Shown here: in pieces, positions 51,001-64,000 of the stretch
How the letters are laid out: each line of letters starts with the position of its first letter
How positions within the stretch are numbered: the stretch's first letter is position 1
From: Leptogorgia sarmentosa
Taxonomy: Eukaryota
Length of the DNA: 64,000 bases
Assembly: GCA_964658305.1 (NCBI GenBank)
Contig: OZ210885.1
Span: 16,244,001-16,308,000 of the forward strand
Direction of reading: 5' to 3'
Notes under the pieces: model-generated
Databases searched by the model: none
Seen by the model: the letters and a program-made list of their open reading frames with translations, nothing else
What the model was told of the DNA's origin: nothing
Made by a program: the position numbers and the translations under genes

Positions 51001-54000
51001 CAAATGTCTACGACCGTACGAGTAGGAAAATACCGGTTCTCGTCTGATCACCGAAGTTTAGCCTAGGTGGGCAAAGTTAGTACTTGGATGGGTGACTACC
51101 TGGGAATACTTGGTGTTGTAGACTTGCTTCATTTTATTGTATGTGTGTTTGTAAATAGGTTTGCTTTCAATTTCAACTTCAGGGTTTTGTTATTGTTACA
51201 CGTTTAAAAAGTGTAACTTCCATCAACAAATGTCTACGACCATACCAGTAGGAAAATACCGGTTCTCGTCTGATCACCGAAGTTAAGCCTAGGTGGGCAA
51301 AGTTAGTACTTGGATGGGTGACCACCTGGGAATACTTTGTGTTGTAGACTTGCTTCATTTTATTGTATGTGTGTTTGTAAATAGGTTTGCTTTCAATGTA
51401 AACTTCAGGGATTTTGTTATTGCTACATCTGGAAATACTTTGTATTGTTGTTTTGCTAAATGTTATTTAATGCCTATTTGTAAATATAATTCCTTTCAAT
51501 TTCAACTTCAGGGTTTTGTTATTGTTACACGTTTAAAAAGTGTAACTTCCATCAACAAATGTCTACGACCATACCAGTAGGAAAATACCGGTTCTCGTCT
51601 GATCACCGAAGTTAGGCCTAGGTGGGCAAAGTTAGTACTTGGATGGGTGACCACCTGGGAATACTTTGTGTTGTAGACTTGCTTCATTTTGTTGTATGTG
51701 TGTTTGTAAGTAGGTTTGCTTTCAATTTCAACTTCAGGGTTTTGTTATTGTTACACGTTTTAAAAGTGTAACTTCCATCAACAAATGTCTACGACCATAC
51801 CAGTAGGAAAATACCGGTTCTCGTGTGATCACCGAAGTTAGGCCTAGGTGGGAAAAGTTAGTACTTGGATGGGTGACCACCTGGGAATACTTTGTGTTGT
51901 AGATTTGCTTCATTTTATTGTATGTGTGTTTTTAAATAGGTTTGCTTTCAATTTCAACTTCAGGGTTTTGTTATTGTTACACGTTTAAAAAGTGTAACTT
52001 CCATCAACAAATGTCTACGACCATACCACTAGGAAAATACCGGTTCTCGTCTGATCACCGAAGTTAAGCCTAGGTGGGAAAAGTTAGTACTTGGATGGGT
52101 GACCACCTGGGAATACTTTGTGTTGTAGAATTGCTTCATTTTATTGTATGTGTGTTTTTAAATAGGTTTGCTTTCAATGTAAACTTCAGGGATTTTGTTA
52201 TTGCTACATCTGGAAATACTTTGTATTGTTGTTTTGCTAAATGTTATTTAATGCCTATTTGTAAATATAATTCCTTTCAATTTCAACTTCAGGGTTTTGT
52301 TATTGTTACACGTTTAAAAAGTGTAACTTCCATCAACAAATGTCTACGACTGTACGAGTAGGAAAATACCGGTTCTCGTCTGATCACCGAAGTTAAGCCT
52401 AGGTGGGCAAAGTTAGTAGTTGGATGGGTGACCACCTGGGAATACTTTGTGTTGTAGACTTGCTTCATTTTATTGTATGTGTGTTTGTAAATAGGTTTGC
52501 TTTCAATTTCAACTTCAGGGTTTTGTTATTGTTACACGTTTAAAAAGGGTTACTTCCATCAACAAATGTCTACGACGATACCAGTAGGAAAATACCGGTT
52601 CTCGTCTGATCACCGAAGTTAAGCCTAGGTGGGCAAAGTTAGTACTTGGATGGGTGACTACCTGGGAATACTTTGTGTTGTAGACTTGCTTCATTTTATT
52701 GTATGTGTGTTTGTAAATATAATTCCTTTCAATTTCAACTTCAGGGTTTTGTTATTGTTACACGTTTGAAAAGTGTAACTTCCATCAAGAAATGTCTACG
52801 ACCATACCAGTAGGAAAATACCGGTTCTCGTCTGATCACCGAAGTTAAGCCTAGGTGGGAAAAGTTAGTACTTGGATGGGTTACCACCTGGGAATACTTT
52901 GTGTTGTAGACTTGGTTCGTTTTATTGTATGTGTGTTTTTAAATAGGTTTGCTTTCAATTTCAACTTCAGGGTTTTGTTATTGTTACACGTTTAAAAAGT
53001 GTTACTTCCATCAACAAATGTCTACGACCATACCAGTAGGAAAATACCGGTTCTCGTCTGATCACCGAAGTTAAGCCTAGCTGGGCATGGTTAGTACTTG
53101 GATGGGTGACCACCTGGGAATACTTTGTGTTGTAGACTTGCTTCATTTTATTGTATGTGTGTTTGTAAATAGGTTTGCTTTCAATGTAAACTTCAGGGAT
53201 TTTGTTATTGCTACATCTGGAAATACTTTGTATTGTTGTTTTGCTAAATGTTATTTAATGCCTATTTGTAAATATAATTCCTTTCAATTTCAGCTTCAGG
53301 GTTTTGTTATTGTTACACGTTTAAAAAGTGTAACTTCCATGAACAATTGTCTACGACCGTACGAGTAGGAAAATACCGGTTCTCGTCTAATTACCGAAGT
53401 TAAGCATAGGTGGGCAAAGTTAGTAGTTGGATGGGTGACCACCTGGGAATACTTTGTGTTGTAGACTTGCTTCATTTTATTGTATGTGTGTTTGTAAATA
53501 GGTTTGCTTTCAATTTCAACTTCAGGGTTTTGTTATTGTTACACGTTTAAAAAGTGTTACTTCCATCAACAAATGTCTACGACGATACCAGTAGGAAAAT
53601 ACCGGTTCTCGTCTGATCACCGAAGTTAAGCCTAGGTGGGCAAAGTTAGTACTTGGATGGGTGACTACCTGGGAATACTTTGTGTTGTAGACTTGCTTCA
53701 TTTTATTGTATGTGTGTTTGTAAATATAATTCCTTTCAATTTCAACTTCAGGGTTTTGTTATTGTTACACGTTTAAAAAGTGTAACTTCCATCAACAAAT
53801 GTCTACGACCATACCAGTAGGAAAATACCGGTTCTCGTCTGATCACCGAAGTTAAGCCTAGGTGGGCAAAGTTAGTACTTGGATGGGTGACCACCTGGGA
53901 ATACTTTGTGTTGTAGACTTGGTTCGTTTTATTGTATGTGTGTTTTTAAATAGGTTTGCTTTCAATTTCAACTTCAAGGTTTTGTTATTGTTACACGTTT

Positions 54001-55080
54001 AAAAAGTGTAACTTAACCGAAGTTAAGCCTAGGTGGGAAAAGTTAGTACTTGGATGGGTGACCACCTGGGAATACTTTGTGTTGTAGATTTGCTTCATTT
54101 TATTGTATGTGTGTTTTTAAATAGGTTTGCTTTCAATTTCAACTTCAGGGTTTTGTTATTGTTACACGTTTAAAAAGTGTAACTTCCATCAACAAATGTC
54201 TACGACCATACCAGTAGGAAAATACCGGTTCTCGTCTGATCACCGAAGTTAAGCCTAGGTGGGCAAAGTTAGTACTTGGATGGGTGACCACCTGGGAATA
54301 CTTTGTGTTGTAGACTTGCTTCATTTTATTGTATGTGTGTTTGTAAATAGGTTTGCTTTCAATGTAAACTTCAGGGATTTTGTTATTGCTAGATCTGGAA
54401 ATACTTTGTATTGTTGTTTTGCTAAATGTTATTTAATGCCTATTTGTAAATATAATTCCTTTCAATTTCAACTTCAGGGTTTTGTTATTGTTACACGTTT
54501 AAAAAGTGTAACTTCCATCAACAAATGTCTACGACCGTACGAGTAGGAAAATACCGGTTCTCGTCTGATCACCGAAGTTTAGCCTAGGTGGGCAAAGTTA
54601 GTACTTGGATGGGTGACTACCTGGGAATACTTTGTGTTGTAGACTTGCTTCATTTTATTGTATGTGTGTTTGTAAATAGGTTTGCTTTCAATTTCAACTT
54701 CAGGGTTTTGTTATTGTTACACGTTTAAAAAGTGTAACTTCCATCAACAAATGTCTACGACCATACCAGTAGGAAAATACCGGTTCTCGTCTGATCACCG
54801 AAGTTAAGCCTAGGTGGGCAAAGTTAGTACTTGGATGGGTGACCACCTGGGAATACTTTGTGTTGTAGACTTGCTTCATTTTATTGTATGTGTGTTTGTA
54901 AATAGGTTTGCTTTCAATGTAAACTTCAGGGATTTTGTTATTGCTACATCTGGAAATACTTTGTATTGTTGTTTTGCTAAATGTTATTTAATGCCTATTT
55001 GTAAATATAATTCCTTTCAATTTCAACTTCAGGGTTTTGTTATTGTTACACGTTTAAAAAGTGTAACTTCCATCAACAAA
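48040..55080 (+). repeat. Tandem duplication, 3521-bp period (14 monomers); boundaries approximate
   Basis: Long units 48553/52074, 49566/53087, 50738/54259 and 51293/54814; deletion junctions 50491/54012. Confidence 0.92.
50494..50570 (+). pseudogene. 5'-truncated 5S gene (+45..+120 kept); 171-bp monomer (representative of 5)
   Basis: AAAAGTGTAACTT-A-ACCGAAGTTAAGCC. The flanking full genes at 50280 and 50677 are 397 bp apart (226 + 171). Confidence 0.92.
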
Positions 55081-58000
55081 TGTCTACGACCGTACGAGTA
55101 GGAAAATACCGGTTTTCGTCTGATCACCGAAGTTAAGCCTAGGTGGGCAACGTTAGTAGTTGGATGGGTGACCACCTGGGAATACTTTGTGTTGTAGACT
55201 TGCTTCATTTTGTTGTATGTGTGTTTGTAAGTAGGTTTGCTTTCAATTTCAACTTCAGGGTTTTGTTATTGTTACACATTTAAAAAGTGTAACTTCCATC
55301 AACAAATGTCTACGACCATACCAGTAGGAAAATACCGGTTCTCGTCCGATCACCGAAGTTAAGCCTAGGTGGGCAAAGTTAGTACTTGGATGGGTGACTA
55401 CCTGGGAATACTTTGTGTTGTAGACTTGCTTCATTTTATTGTATGTGTGTTTGTAAATAGGTTTGCTTTCAATTTCAACTTCAGGGTTTTGTTATTGTTA
55501 CACGTTTGAAAAGTGTAACTTCCATCAACAAATGTCTACGACCATACCAGTAGGAAAATACCGGTTCTCGTCTGATCACCGAAGTTAAGCCTAGGTGGGC
55601 AAAGTTAGTACTTGGATGGGTGACTACCTGGGAATACTTTGTGTTGTAGACTTGCTTCATTTTATTGTATGTGTGTTTGTAAATATAATTCCTTTCAATT
55701 TCAACTTCAGGGTTTTGTTATTGTTACACGTTTAAAAAGTGTAACTTCCATCAACAAATGTCTACGACCATACCAGTAGGAAAATACCGGTTCTCGTCTG
55801 ATCACCGAAGTTAAGCCTAGGTGGGCAAAGTTAGTACTTGGATGGGTGACCACCTGGGAATACTTTGTGTTGTAGACTTGGTTCGTTTTATTGTATGTGT
55901 GTTTTTAAATAGGTTTGCTTTCAATTTCAACTTCAAGGTTTTGTTATTGTTACACGTTTAAAAAGTGTAACTTAACCGAAGTTAAGCCTAGGTGGGAAAA
56001 GTTAGTACTTGGATGGGTGACCACCTGGGAATACTTTGTGTTGTAGATTTGCTTCATTTTATTGTATGTGTGTTTTTAAATAGGTTTGCTTTCAATTTCA
56101 ACTTCAGGGTTTTGTTATTGTTACACGTTTAAAAAGTGTAACTTCCATCAACAAATGTCTACGACCATACCAGTAGGAAAATACCGGTTCTCGTCTGATC
56201 ACCGAAGTTAAGCCTAGGTGGGCAAAGTTAGTACTTGGATGGGTGACCACCTGGGAATACTTTGTGTTGTAGACTTGCTTCATTTTATTGTATGTGTGTT
56301 TGTAAATAGGTTTGCTTTCAATGTAAACTTCAGGGATTTTGTTATTGCTAGATCTGGAAATACTTTGTATTGTTGTTTTGCTAAATGTTATTTAATGCCT
56401 ATTTGTAAATATAATTCCTTTCAATTTCAACTTCAGGGTTTTGTTATTGTTACACGTTTAAAAAGTGTAACTTCCATCAACAAATGTCTACGACCGTACG
56501 AGTAGGAAAATACCGGTTCTCGTCTGATCACCGAAGTTTAGCCTAGGTGGGCAAAGTTAGTACTTGGATGGGTGACTACCTGGGAATACTTTGTGTTGTA
56601 GACTTGCTTCATTTTATTGTATGTGTGTTTGTAAATAGGTTTGGTTTCAATTTCAACTTCAGGGTTTTGTTATTGTTACACGTTTAAAAAGTGTAACTTC
56701 CATCAACAAATGTCTACGACCATACCAGTAGGAAAATACCGGTTCTCGTCTGATCACCGAAGTTAAGCCTAGGTGGGCAAAGTTAGTACTTGGATGGGTG
56801 ACCACCTGGGAATACTTTGTGTTGTAGACTTGCTTCATTTTATTGTATGTGTGTTTGTAAATAGGTTTGCTTTCAATGTAAACTTCAGGGATTTTGTTAT
56901 TGCTACATCTGGAAATACTTTGTATTGTTGTTTTGCTAAATGTTATTTAATGCCTATTTGTAAATATAATTCCTTTCAATTTCAACTTCAGGGTTTTGTT
57001 ATTGTTACACGTTTAAAAAGTGTAACTTCCATCAACAAATGTCTACGACCGTACGAGTAGGAAAATACCGGTTTTCGTCTGATCACCGAAGTTAAGCCTA
57101 GGTGGGCAACGTTAGTAGTTGGATGGGTGACCACCTGGGAATACTTTGTGTTGTAGACTTGCTTCATTTTGTTGTATGTGTGTTTGTAAGTAGGTTTGCT
57201 TTCAATTTCAACTTCAGGGTTTTGTTATTGTTACACGTTTAAAAAGTGTAACTTCCATCAACAAATGTCTACGACCATACCAGTAGGAAAATACCGGTTC
57301 TCGTCTGATCACCGAAGTTAAGCCTAGGTGGGCAAAGTTAGTACTTGGATGGGTGACTACCTGGGAATACTTTGTGTTGTAGACTTGCTTCATTTTATTG
57401 TATGTGTGTTTGTAAATAGGTTTGCTTTCAATTTCAACTTCAGGGTTTTGTTATTGTTACACGTTTGAAAAGTGTAACTTCCATCAACAAATGTCTACGA
57501 CCATACCAGTAGGAAAATACAGGTTCTCGTCTGATCACCGAAGTTAAGCCTAGGTGGGAAAAGTTAGTACTTGGATGGGTGACCACCTGGGAATACTTTG
57601 TGTTGTAGACTTGCTTCATTTTATTGTATGTGTGTTTGTAAATAGGTTTGCTTTCAATTTCAACTTCAGAGATTGGTTATTGTTACACGTTTAAAAAGTG
57701 TAACTTCCATCAACAAATGTCTACGACCATACCAGTAGGAAAATACCGGTTCTCGTCTGATCACCGAAGTTAAGCCTAGGTGGGCAAAGTTAGTACTTGT
57801 ATGGGTGACCACCTGGGAATACTTTGTGTTGTAGACTTGCTTCATTTTGTTGTATGTGTGTTTGTAAGTAGGTTTGCTTTCAATTTCAACTTCAGGGTTT
57901 TGTTATTGTTACACGTTTAAAAAGTGTAACTTCCATCAACAAATGTCTACGACCATACCAGTAGGAAAATACCGGTTCTCGTGTGATCACCGAAGTTAAG

Positions 58001-61000
58001 CCTAGGTGGGAAAAGTTTGTACTTGGATGGGTGACCACCTGGGAATACTTTGTGTTGTAGATTTGCTTCATTTTATTGTATGTGTGTTTTTAAATAGGTT
58101 TGCTTTCAATTTCAACTTCAGGGTTTTGTTATTGTCACACGTTTAAAAAGTGTAACTTCCATCAACAAATGTCTACGACCATACCAGTAGGAAAATACCG
58201 GTTCTCGTGTGATCACCGAAGTTAAGCCTAGGTGGGAAAAGTTAGTACTTGGATGGGTGACCACCTGGGAATACTTTGTGTTGTAGATTTGCTTCATTTT
58301 ATTGTATGTGTGTTTTTAAATAGGTTTGCTTTCAATTTCAACTTCAGGGTTTTGTTATTGTTACACGTTTAAAAAGTGTAACTTCCATCAACAAATGTCT
58401 ATGACCATACCAGTAGGAAAATACCGGTTCTCGTCTGATCACCGAAGTTAAGCCTAGGTGGGCAACGTTAGTACTTGGATGGGTGACCACCTGGGAATAC
58501 TTTGTGTTGTAGACTTGCTTCATTTTATTGTATGTGTGTTTGTAAATAGGTTTGCTTTCAATGTAAACTTCAGGGATTTTGTTATTGCTACATCTGGAAA
58601 TACTTTGTATTGTTGTTTTGCTAAATGTTATTTAATGCCTATTTGTAAATATAATTCCTTTCAATTTCAACTTCAGGGTTTTGTTATTGTTACACGTTTA
58701 AAAAGTGTAACTTCCATCAACAAATGTCTACGTCCGTACGAGTAGGAAAATACCGGTTCTCGTCTGATCACCGAAGTTAAGCCTAGGTGGGCAAAGTTAG
58801 TACTTGGATGGTTGACTACCTGGGAATACTTTGTGTTGTAGACTTGCTTCATTTTATTGTATGTGTGTTTGTAAATATAATTCCTTTCAATTTCAACTTC
58901 AGGGTTTTGTTATTGTTACACGTTTAAAAAGTGTAACTTCCATCAACAAATGTCTACAACCATACCAGTAGGAAAATACCGGTTCTCGTCTGATCACCGA
59001 AGTTAGGCCTAGGTGGGAAAAGTTAGTACTTGGATGGGTGACCACCTGGGAATACTTTGTGTTGTAGACTTCCTTCATTTTATTGTATGTGTGTTTGTAA
59101 ATAGGTTTGCTTTCAATTTCAACTTCAGCGTTTTGTTATTGTTTACACGTTTAAAAAGTGTAACTTCCATCAACAAATGTCTACGAGCATACCAGTAGGA
59201 AAATACCGGTTCTCGTCTGATCACCGAAGTTAAGCCTAGGTGGGCAAAGTTAGTACTTGGATGGGTGACTACCTGGGAATACTTTGTGTTGTAGACTTGC
59301 TTCATTTTATGGTATGTGTGTTTGTAAATAGGTTTGCTTTCAATTTCAACTTCAGGGTTTTGTTATTGTTACACGTTTAAAAAGTGTAACTTCCATCAAC
59401 AAATGTCTACGACCATACCAGTAGGAAAATACCGGTTCTCGTCTCATCACCGAAGTTAGGCCTAGGTGGGAAAAGTTAGTACTTGGATGGGTGACCACCT
59501 GGGAATACTTTGTGTTGTAGACTTGCTTTATTTTATTGTATGTGTGTTTGTAAATAGGTTTGCTTTCAATTTCAACTTCAGGGTTTTGTTATTGTTACAC
59601 GTTTAAAAAGTGTAACTTCCATCAACAAATGTCTACGACCATACCACTAGGAAAATACCGGTTCTCGTCTGATCACCGAAGTTAAGCCTAGGTGGGAAAA
59701 GTTAGTACTTGGATGGGTGACCACCTGGGAATACTTTGTGTTGTAGAATTGCTTCATTTTATTGTATGTGTGTTTTTAAATAGGTTTGCTTTCAATGTAA
59801 ACTTCAGGGATTTTGTTATTGCTACATCTGGAAATACTTTGTATTGTTGTTTTGCTAAATGTTATTTAATGCCTATTTGTAAATATAATTCCTTTCAATT
59901 TCAACTTCAGGGTTTTGTTATTGTTACACGTTTAAAAAGTGTAACTTCCATCAACAAATGTCTACGACTGTACGAGTAGGAAAATACCGGTTCTCGTCTG
60001 ATCACCGAAGTTAAGCCTAGGTGGGCAAAGTTAGTAGTTGGATGGGTGACCACCTGGGAATACTTTGTGTTGTAGACTTGCTTCATTTTATTGTATGTGT
60101 GTTTGTAAATAGGTTTGCTTTCAATTTCAACTTCAGGGTTTTGTTATTGTTACACGTTTAAAAAGGGTTACTTCCATCAACAAATGTCTACGACGATACC
60201 AGTAGGAAAATACCGGTTCTCGTCTGATCACCGAAGTTAAGCCTAGGTGGGCAAAGTTAGTACTTGGATGGGTGACTACCTGGGAATACTTTGTGTTGTA
60301 GACTTGCTTCATTTTATTGTATGTGTGTTTGTAAATATAATTCCTTTCAATTTCAACTTCAGGGTTTTGTTATTGTTACACGTTTGAAAAGTGTAACTTC
60401 CATCAAGAAATGTCTACGACCATACCAGTAGGAAAATACCGGTTCTCGTCTGATCACCGAAGTTAAGCCTAGGTGGGAAAAGTTAGTACTTGGATGGGTT
60501 ACCACCTGGGAATACTTTGTGTTGTAGACTTGGTTCGTTTTATTGTATGTGTGTTTTTAAATAGGTTTGCTTTCAATTTCAACTTCAGGGTTTTGTTATT
60601 GTTACACGTTTAAAAAGTGTTACTTCCATCAACAAATGTCTACGACCATACCAGTAGGAAAATACCGGTTCTCGTCTGATCACCGAAGTTAAGCCTAGCT
60701 GGGCATGGTTAGTACTTGGATGGGTGACCACCTGGGAATACTTTGTGTTGTAGACTTGCTTCATTTTATTGTATGTGTGTTTGTAAATAGGTTTGCTTTC
60801 AATGTAAACTTCAGGGATTTTGTTATTGCTACATCTGGAAATACTTTGTATTGTTGTTTTGCTAAATGTTATTTAATGCCTATTTGTAAATATAATTCCT
60901 TTCAATTTCAGCTTCAGGGTTTTGTTATTGTTACACGTTTAAAAAGTGTAACTTCCATCAACAATTGTCTACGACCGTACGAGTAGGAAAATACCGGTTC

Positions 61001-64000
61001 TCGTCTAATTACCGAAGTTAAGCATAGGTGGGCAAAGTTAGTAGTTGGATGGGTGACCACCTGGGAATACTTTGTGTTGTAGACTTGCTTCATTTTATTG
61101 TATGTGTGTTTGTAAATAGGTTTGCTTTCAATTTCAACTTCAGGGTTTTGTTATTGTTACACGTTTAAAAAGTGTTACTTCCATCAACAAATGTCTACGA
61201 CGATACCAGTAGGAAAATACCGGTTCTCGTCTGATCACCGAAGTTAAGCCTAGGTGGGCAAAGTTAGTACTTGGATGGGTGACTACCTGGGAATACTTTG
61301 TGTTGTAGACTTGCTTCATTTTATTGTATGTGTGTTTGTAAATATAATTCCTTTCAATTTCAACTTCAGGGTTTTGTTATTGTTACACGTTTAAAAAGTG
61401 TAACTTCCATCAACAAATGTCTACGACCATACCAGTAGGAAAATACCGGTTCTCGTCTGATCACCGAAGTTAAGCCTAGGTGGGCAAAGTTAGTACTTGG
61501 ATGGGTGACCACCTGGGAATACTTTGTGTTGTAGACTTGGTTCGTTTTATTGTATGTGTGTTTTTAAATAGGTTTGCTTTCAATTTCAACTTCAAGGTTT
61601 TGTTATTGTTACACGTTTAAAAAGTGTAACTTAACCGAAGTTAAGCCTAGGTGGGAAAAGTTAGTACTTGGATGGGTGACCACCTGGGAATACTTTGTGT
61701 TGTAGATTTGCTTCATTTTATTGTATGTGTGTTTTTAAATAGGTTTGCTTTCAATTTCAACTTCAGGGTTTTGTTATTGTTACACGTTTAAAAAGTGTAA
61801 CTTCCATCAACAAATGTCTACGACCATACCAGTAGGAAAATACCGGTTCTCGTCTGATCACCGAAGTTAAGCCTAGGTGGGCAAAGTTAGTACTTGGATG
61901 GGTGACCACCTGGGAATACTTTGTGTTGTAGACTTGCTTCATTTTATTGTATGTGTGTTTGTAAATAGGTTTGCTTTCAATGTAAACTTCAGGGATTTTG
62001 TTATTGCTAGATCTGGAAATACTTTGTATTGTTGTTTTGCTAAATGTTATTTAATGCCTATTTGTAAATATAATTCCTTTCAATTTCAACTTCAGGGTTT
62101 TGTTATTGTTACACGTTTAAAAAGTGTAACTTCCATCAACAAATGTCTACGACCGTACGAGTAGGAAAATACCGGTTCTCGTCTGATCACCGAAGTTTAG
62201 CCTAGGTGGGCAAAGTTAGTACTTGGATGGGTGACTACCTGTGAATACTTTGTGTTGTAGACTTGCTTCATTTTATTGTATGTGTGTTTGTAAATAGGTT
62301 TGCTTTCAATTTCAACTTCAGGGTTTTGTTATTGTTACACGTTTAAAAAGTGTAACTTCCATCAACAAATGTCTACGACCATACCAGTAGGAAAGTACCG
62401 GTTCTCGTCTGATCACCGAAGTTAAGCCTAGGTGGGCAAAGTTAGTACTTGGATGGGTGACCACCTGGGAATACTTTGTGTTGTAGACTTGCTTCATTTT
62501 ATTGTATGTGTATTTGTAAATAGGTTTGCTTTCAATGTAAACTTCAGGGATTTTGTTATTGCTACATCTGGAAATACTTTGTATTGTTGTTTTGCTAAAT
62601 GTTATTTAATGCCTATTTGTAAATATAATTCCTTTCAATTTCAACTTCAGGGTTTTGTTATTGTTACACGTTTAAAAAGTGTAACTTCCATCAACAAATG
62701 TCTACGACCGTACGAGTAGGAAAATACCGGTTTTCGTCTGATCACCGAAGTTAAGCCTAGGTGGGCAACGTTAGTAGTTGGATGGGTGACCACCTGGGAA
62801 TACTTTGTGTTGTAGACTTGCTTCATTTTGTTGTATGTGTGTTTGTAAGTAGGTTTGCTTTCAATTTCAACTTCAGGGTTTTGTTATTGTTACACGTTTA
62901 AAAAGTGTAACTTCCATCAACAAATGTCTACGACCATACCAGTAGGAAAATACCAGTTCTCGTCTGATCACCGAAGTTAAGCCTAGGTGGGCAAAGTTAG
63001 TACTTGGATGGGTGACTACCTGGGAATACTTTGTGTTGTAGACTTGCTTCATTTTATTGTATGTGTGTTTGTAAATAGGTTTGCTTTCAATTTCAACTTC
63101 AGGGTTTTGTTATTGTTACACGTTTGAAAAGTGTAACTTCCATCAACAAATGTCTACGACCATACCAGTAGGAAAATACCGGTTCTCGTCTGATCACCGA
63201 AGTTAAGCCTAGGTGGGCAAAGTTAGTACTTGGATGGGTGACTACCTGGGAATACTTTGTGTTGTAGACTTGCTTCATTTTATTGTATGTGTGTTTGTAA
63301 ATATAATTCCTTTCAATTTCAACTTCAGGGTTTTGTTATTGTTACACGTTTAAAAAGTGTAACTTCCATCAACAAATGTCTACGACCATACCAGTAGGAA
63401 AATACCGGTTCTCGTCTGATCACCGAAGTTAAGCCTAGGTGGGCAAAGTTAGTACTTGGATGGGTGACCACCTGGGAATACTTTGTGTTGTAGACTTGGT
63501 TCGTTTTATTGTATGTGTGTTTTTAAATAGGTTTGCTTTCAATTTCAACTTCAAGGTTTTGTTATTGTTACACGTTTAAAAAGTGTAACTTAACCGAAGT
63601 TAAGCCTAGGTGGGAAAAGTTAGTACTTGGATGGGTGACCACCTGGGAATACTTTGTGTTGTAGATTTGCTTCATTTTATTGTATGTGTGTTTTTAAATA
63701 GGTTTGCTTTCAATTTCAACTTCAGGGTTTTGTTATTGTTACACGTTTAAAAAGTGTAACTTCCATCAACAAATGTCTACGACCATACCAGTAGGAAAAT
63801 ACCGGTTCTCGTCTGATCACCGAAGTTAAGCCTAGGTGGGCAAAGTTAGTACTTGGATGGGTGACCACCTGGGAATACTTTGTGTTGTAGACTTGCTTCA
63901 TTTTATTGTATGTGTGTTTGTAAATAGGTTTGCTTTCAATGTAAACTTCAGGGATTTTGTTATTGCTAGATCTGGAAATACTTTGTATTGTTGTTTTGCT
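52013..64000 (+). repeat. Higher-order duplication with offset 7618 bp (31 monomers) containing a nested 1959-bp repeat (8 monomers)
   Basis: Offset 7618: 52074/59692, 53087/60705, 54259/61877, 54814/62432, 55971/63589. Offset 1959: 54259/56218, 54814/56773, 54012/55971, 61630/63589. Confidence 0.9.
63775..63894 (+). rRNA. Last complete 5S rRNA gene in the window (consensus allele), followed by a relic cut by the window edge
   Basis: Same sequence as 2260-2379, followed by ...GCTAGATCTGGAAATACTTTG. Confidence 0.88.

Larger units (their letters stand above)
1..64000 (+). repeat. Tandem 5S rDNA (or 5S-derived satellite) array; basic monomer 226 bp, about 260 copies, open at both window ends
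   Basis: GTCTACGACC starts recur at 138, 364, 590, 816, 1042 and so on (226-bp period) through 63775. The copy estimate is window length corrected for the 329-, 270- and 171-bp variants. Confidence 0.99.

Noticed and set aside
2321..62719. Repeated 95-aa 'MGKVSTWMGDHLG...' ORFs and related 61-127 aa ORFs on both strands
   Set aside because: They run through the 5S gene and spacer, mostly start at GTG or TTG in a eukaryotic context, and appear only where the relic or small indels shift stop codons. No recognisable domain; they are by-products of the repeat.
1..64000. CRISPR-like repeat/spacer array
   Set aside because: The spacers are near-identical rather than unique, the repeat is a 120-nt 5S sequence, and there are no cas genes.
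1..64000. 5S-derived SINE3, Cassandra TRIM or a 5S-targeting retroelement insertion
   Set aside because: No target-site duplications, LTR ends, primer-binding site, poly(A) tail, internal domain or foreign sequence; every variant derives from the monomer itself.

Overview
The whole 64 kb is one head-to-tail tandem array (all + strand, no inversions, no unique sequence) of about 260 monomers. Each monomer is a divergent metazoan-type 5S rRNA gene (120 nt, GTCTACGACCATACC...GTTGTAGACTT) plus a 106-bp AT-rich spacer, giving a basic unit of 226 bp. There are no credible protein-coding genes; the supplied ORFs are the same repeat read through. Structural monomer variants: 328/329-bp units carrying an old, decayed 5S-3'-end/spacer relic (43 complete, 1 partial); 270-bp units with a 44-bp duplication of Box A plus the intermediate element (16 seen); 171-bp 5'-deleted units that keep the internal promoter (5); 230-bp units (6). 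These are arranged in nested higher-order repeats (904, 1233, 1400, 1896, 1959, 3403, 3521, 7618 and 8231 bp). The 5S sequence has compensatory changes in helices II and V, but the majority allele has a helix II mismatch and many linked alleles break pairing. It is therefore either a variant (e.g. stage-specific) 5S family or 5S rDNA turning into a satellite; sequence alone cannot decide. The organism cannot be identified beyond a probable invertebrate animal. All counts were made by eye.
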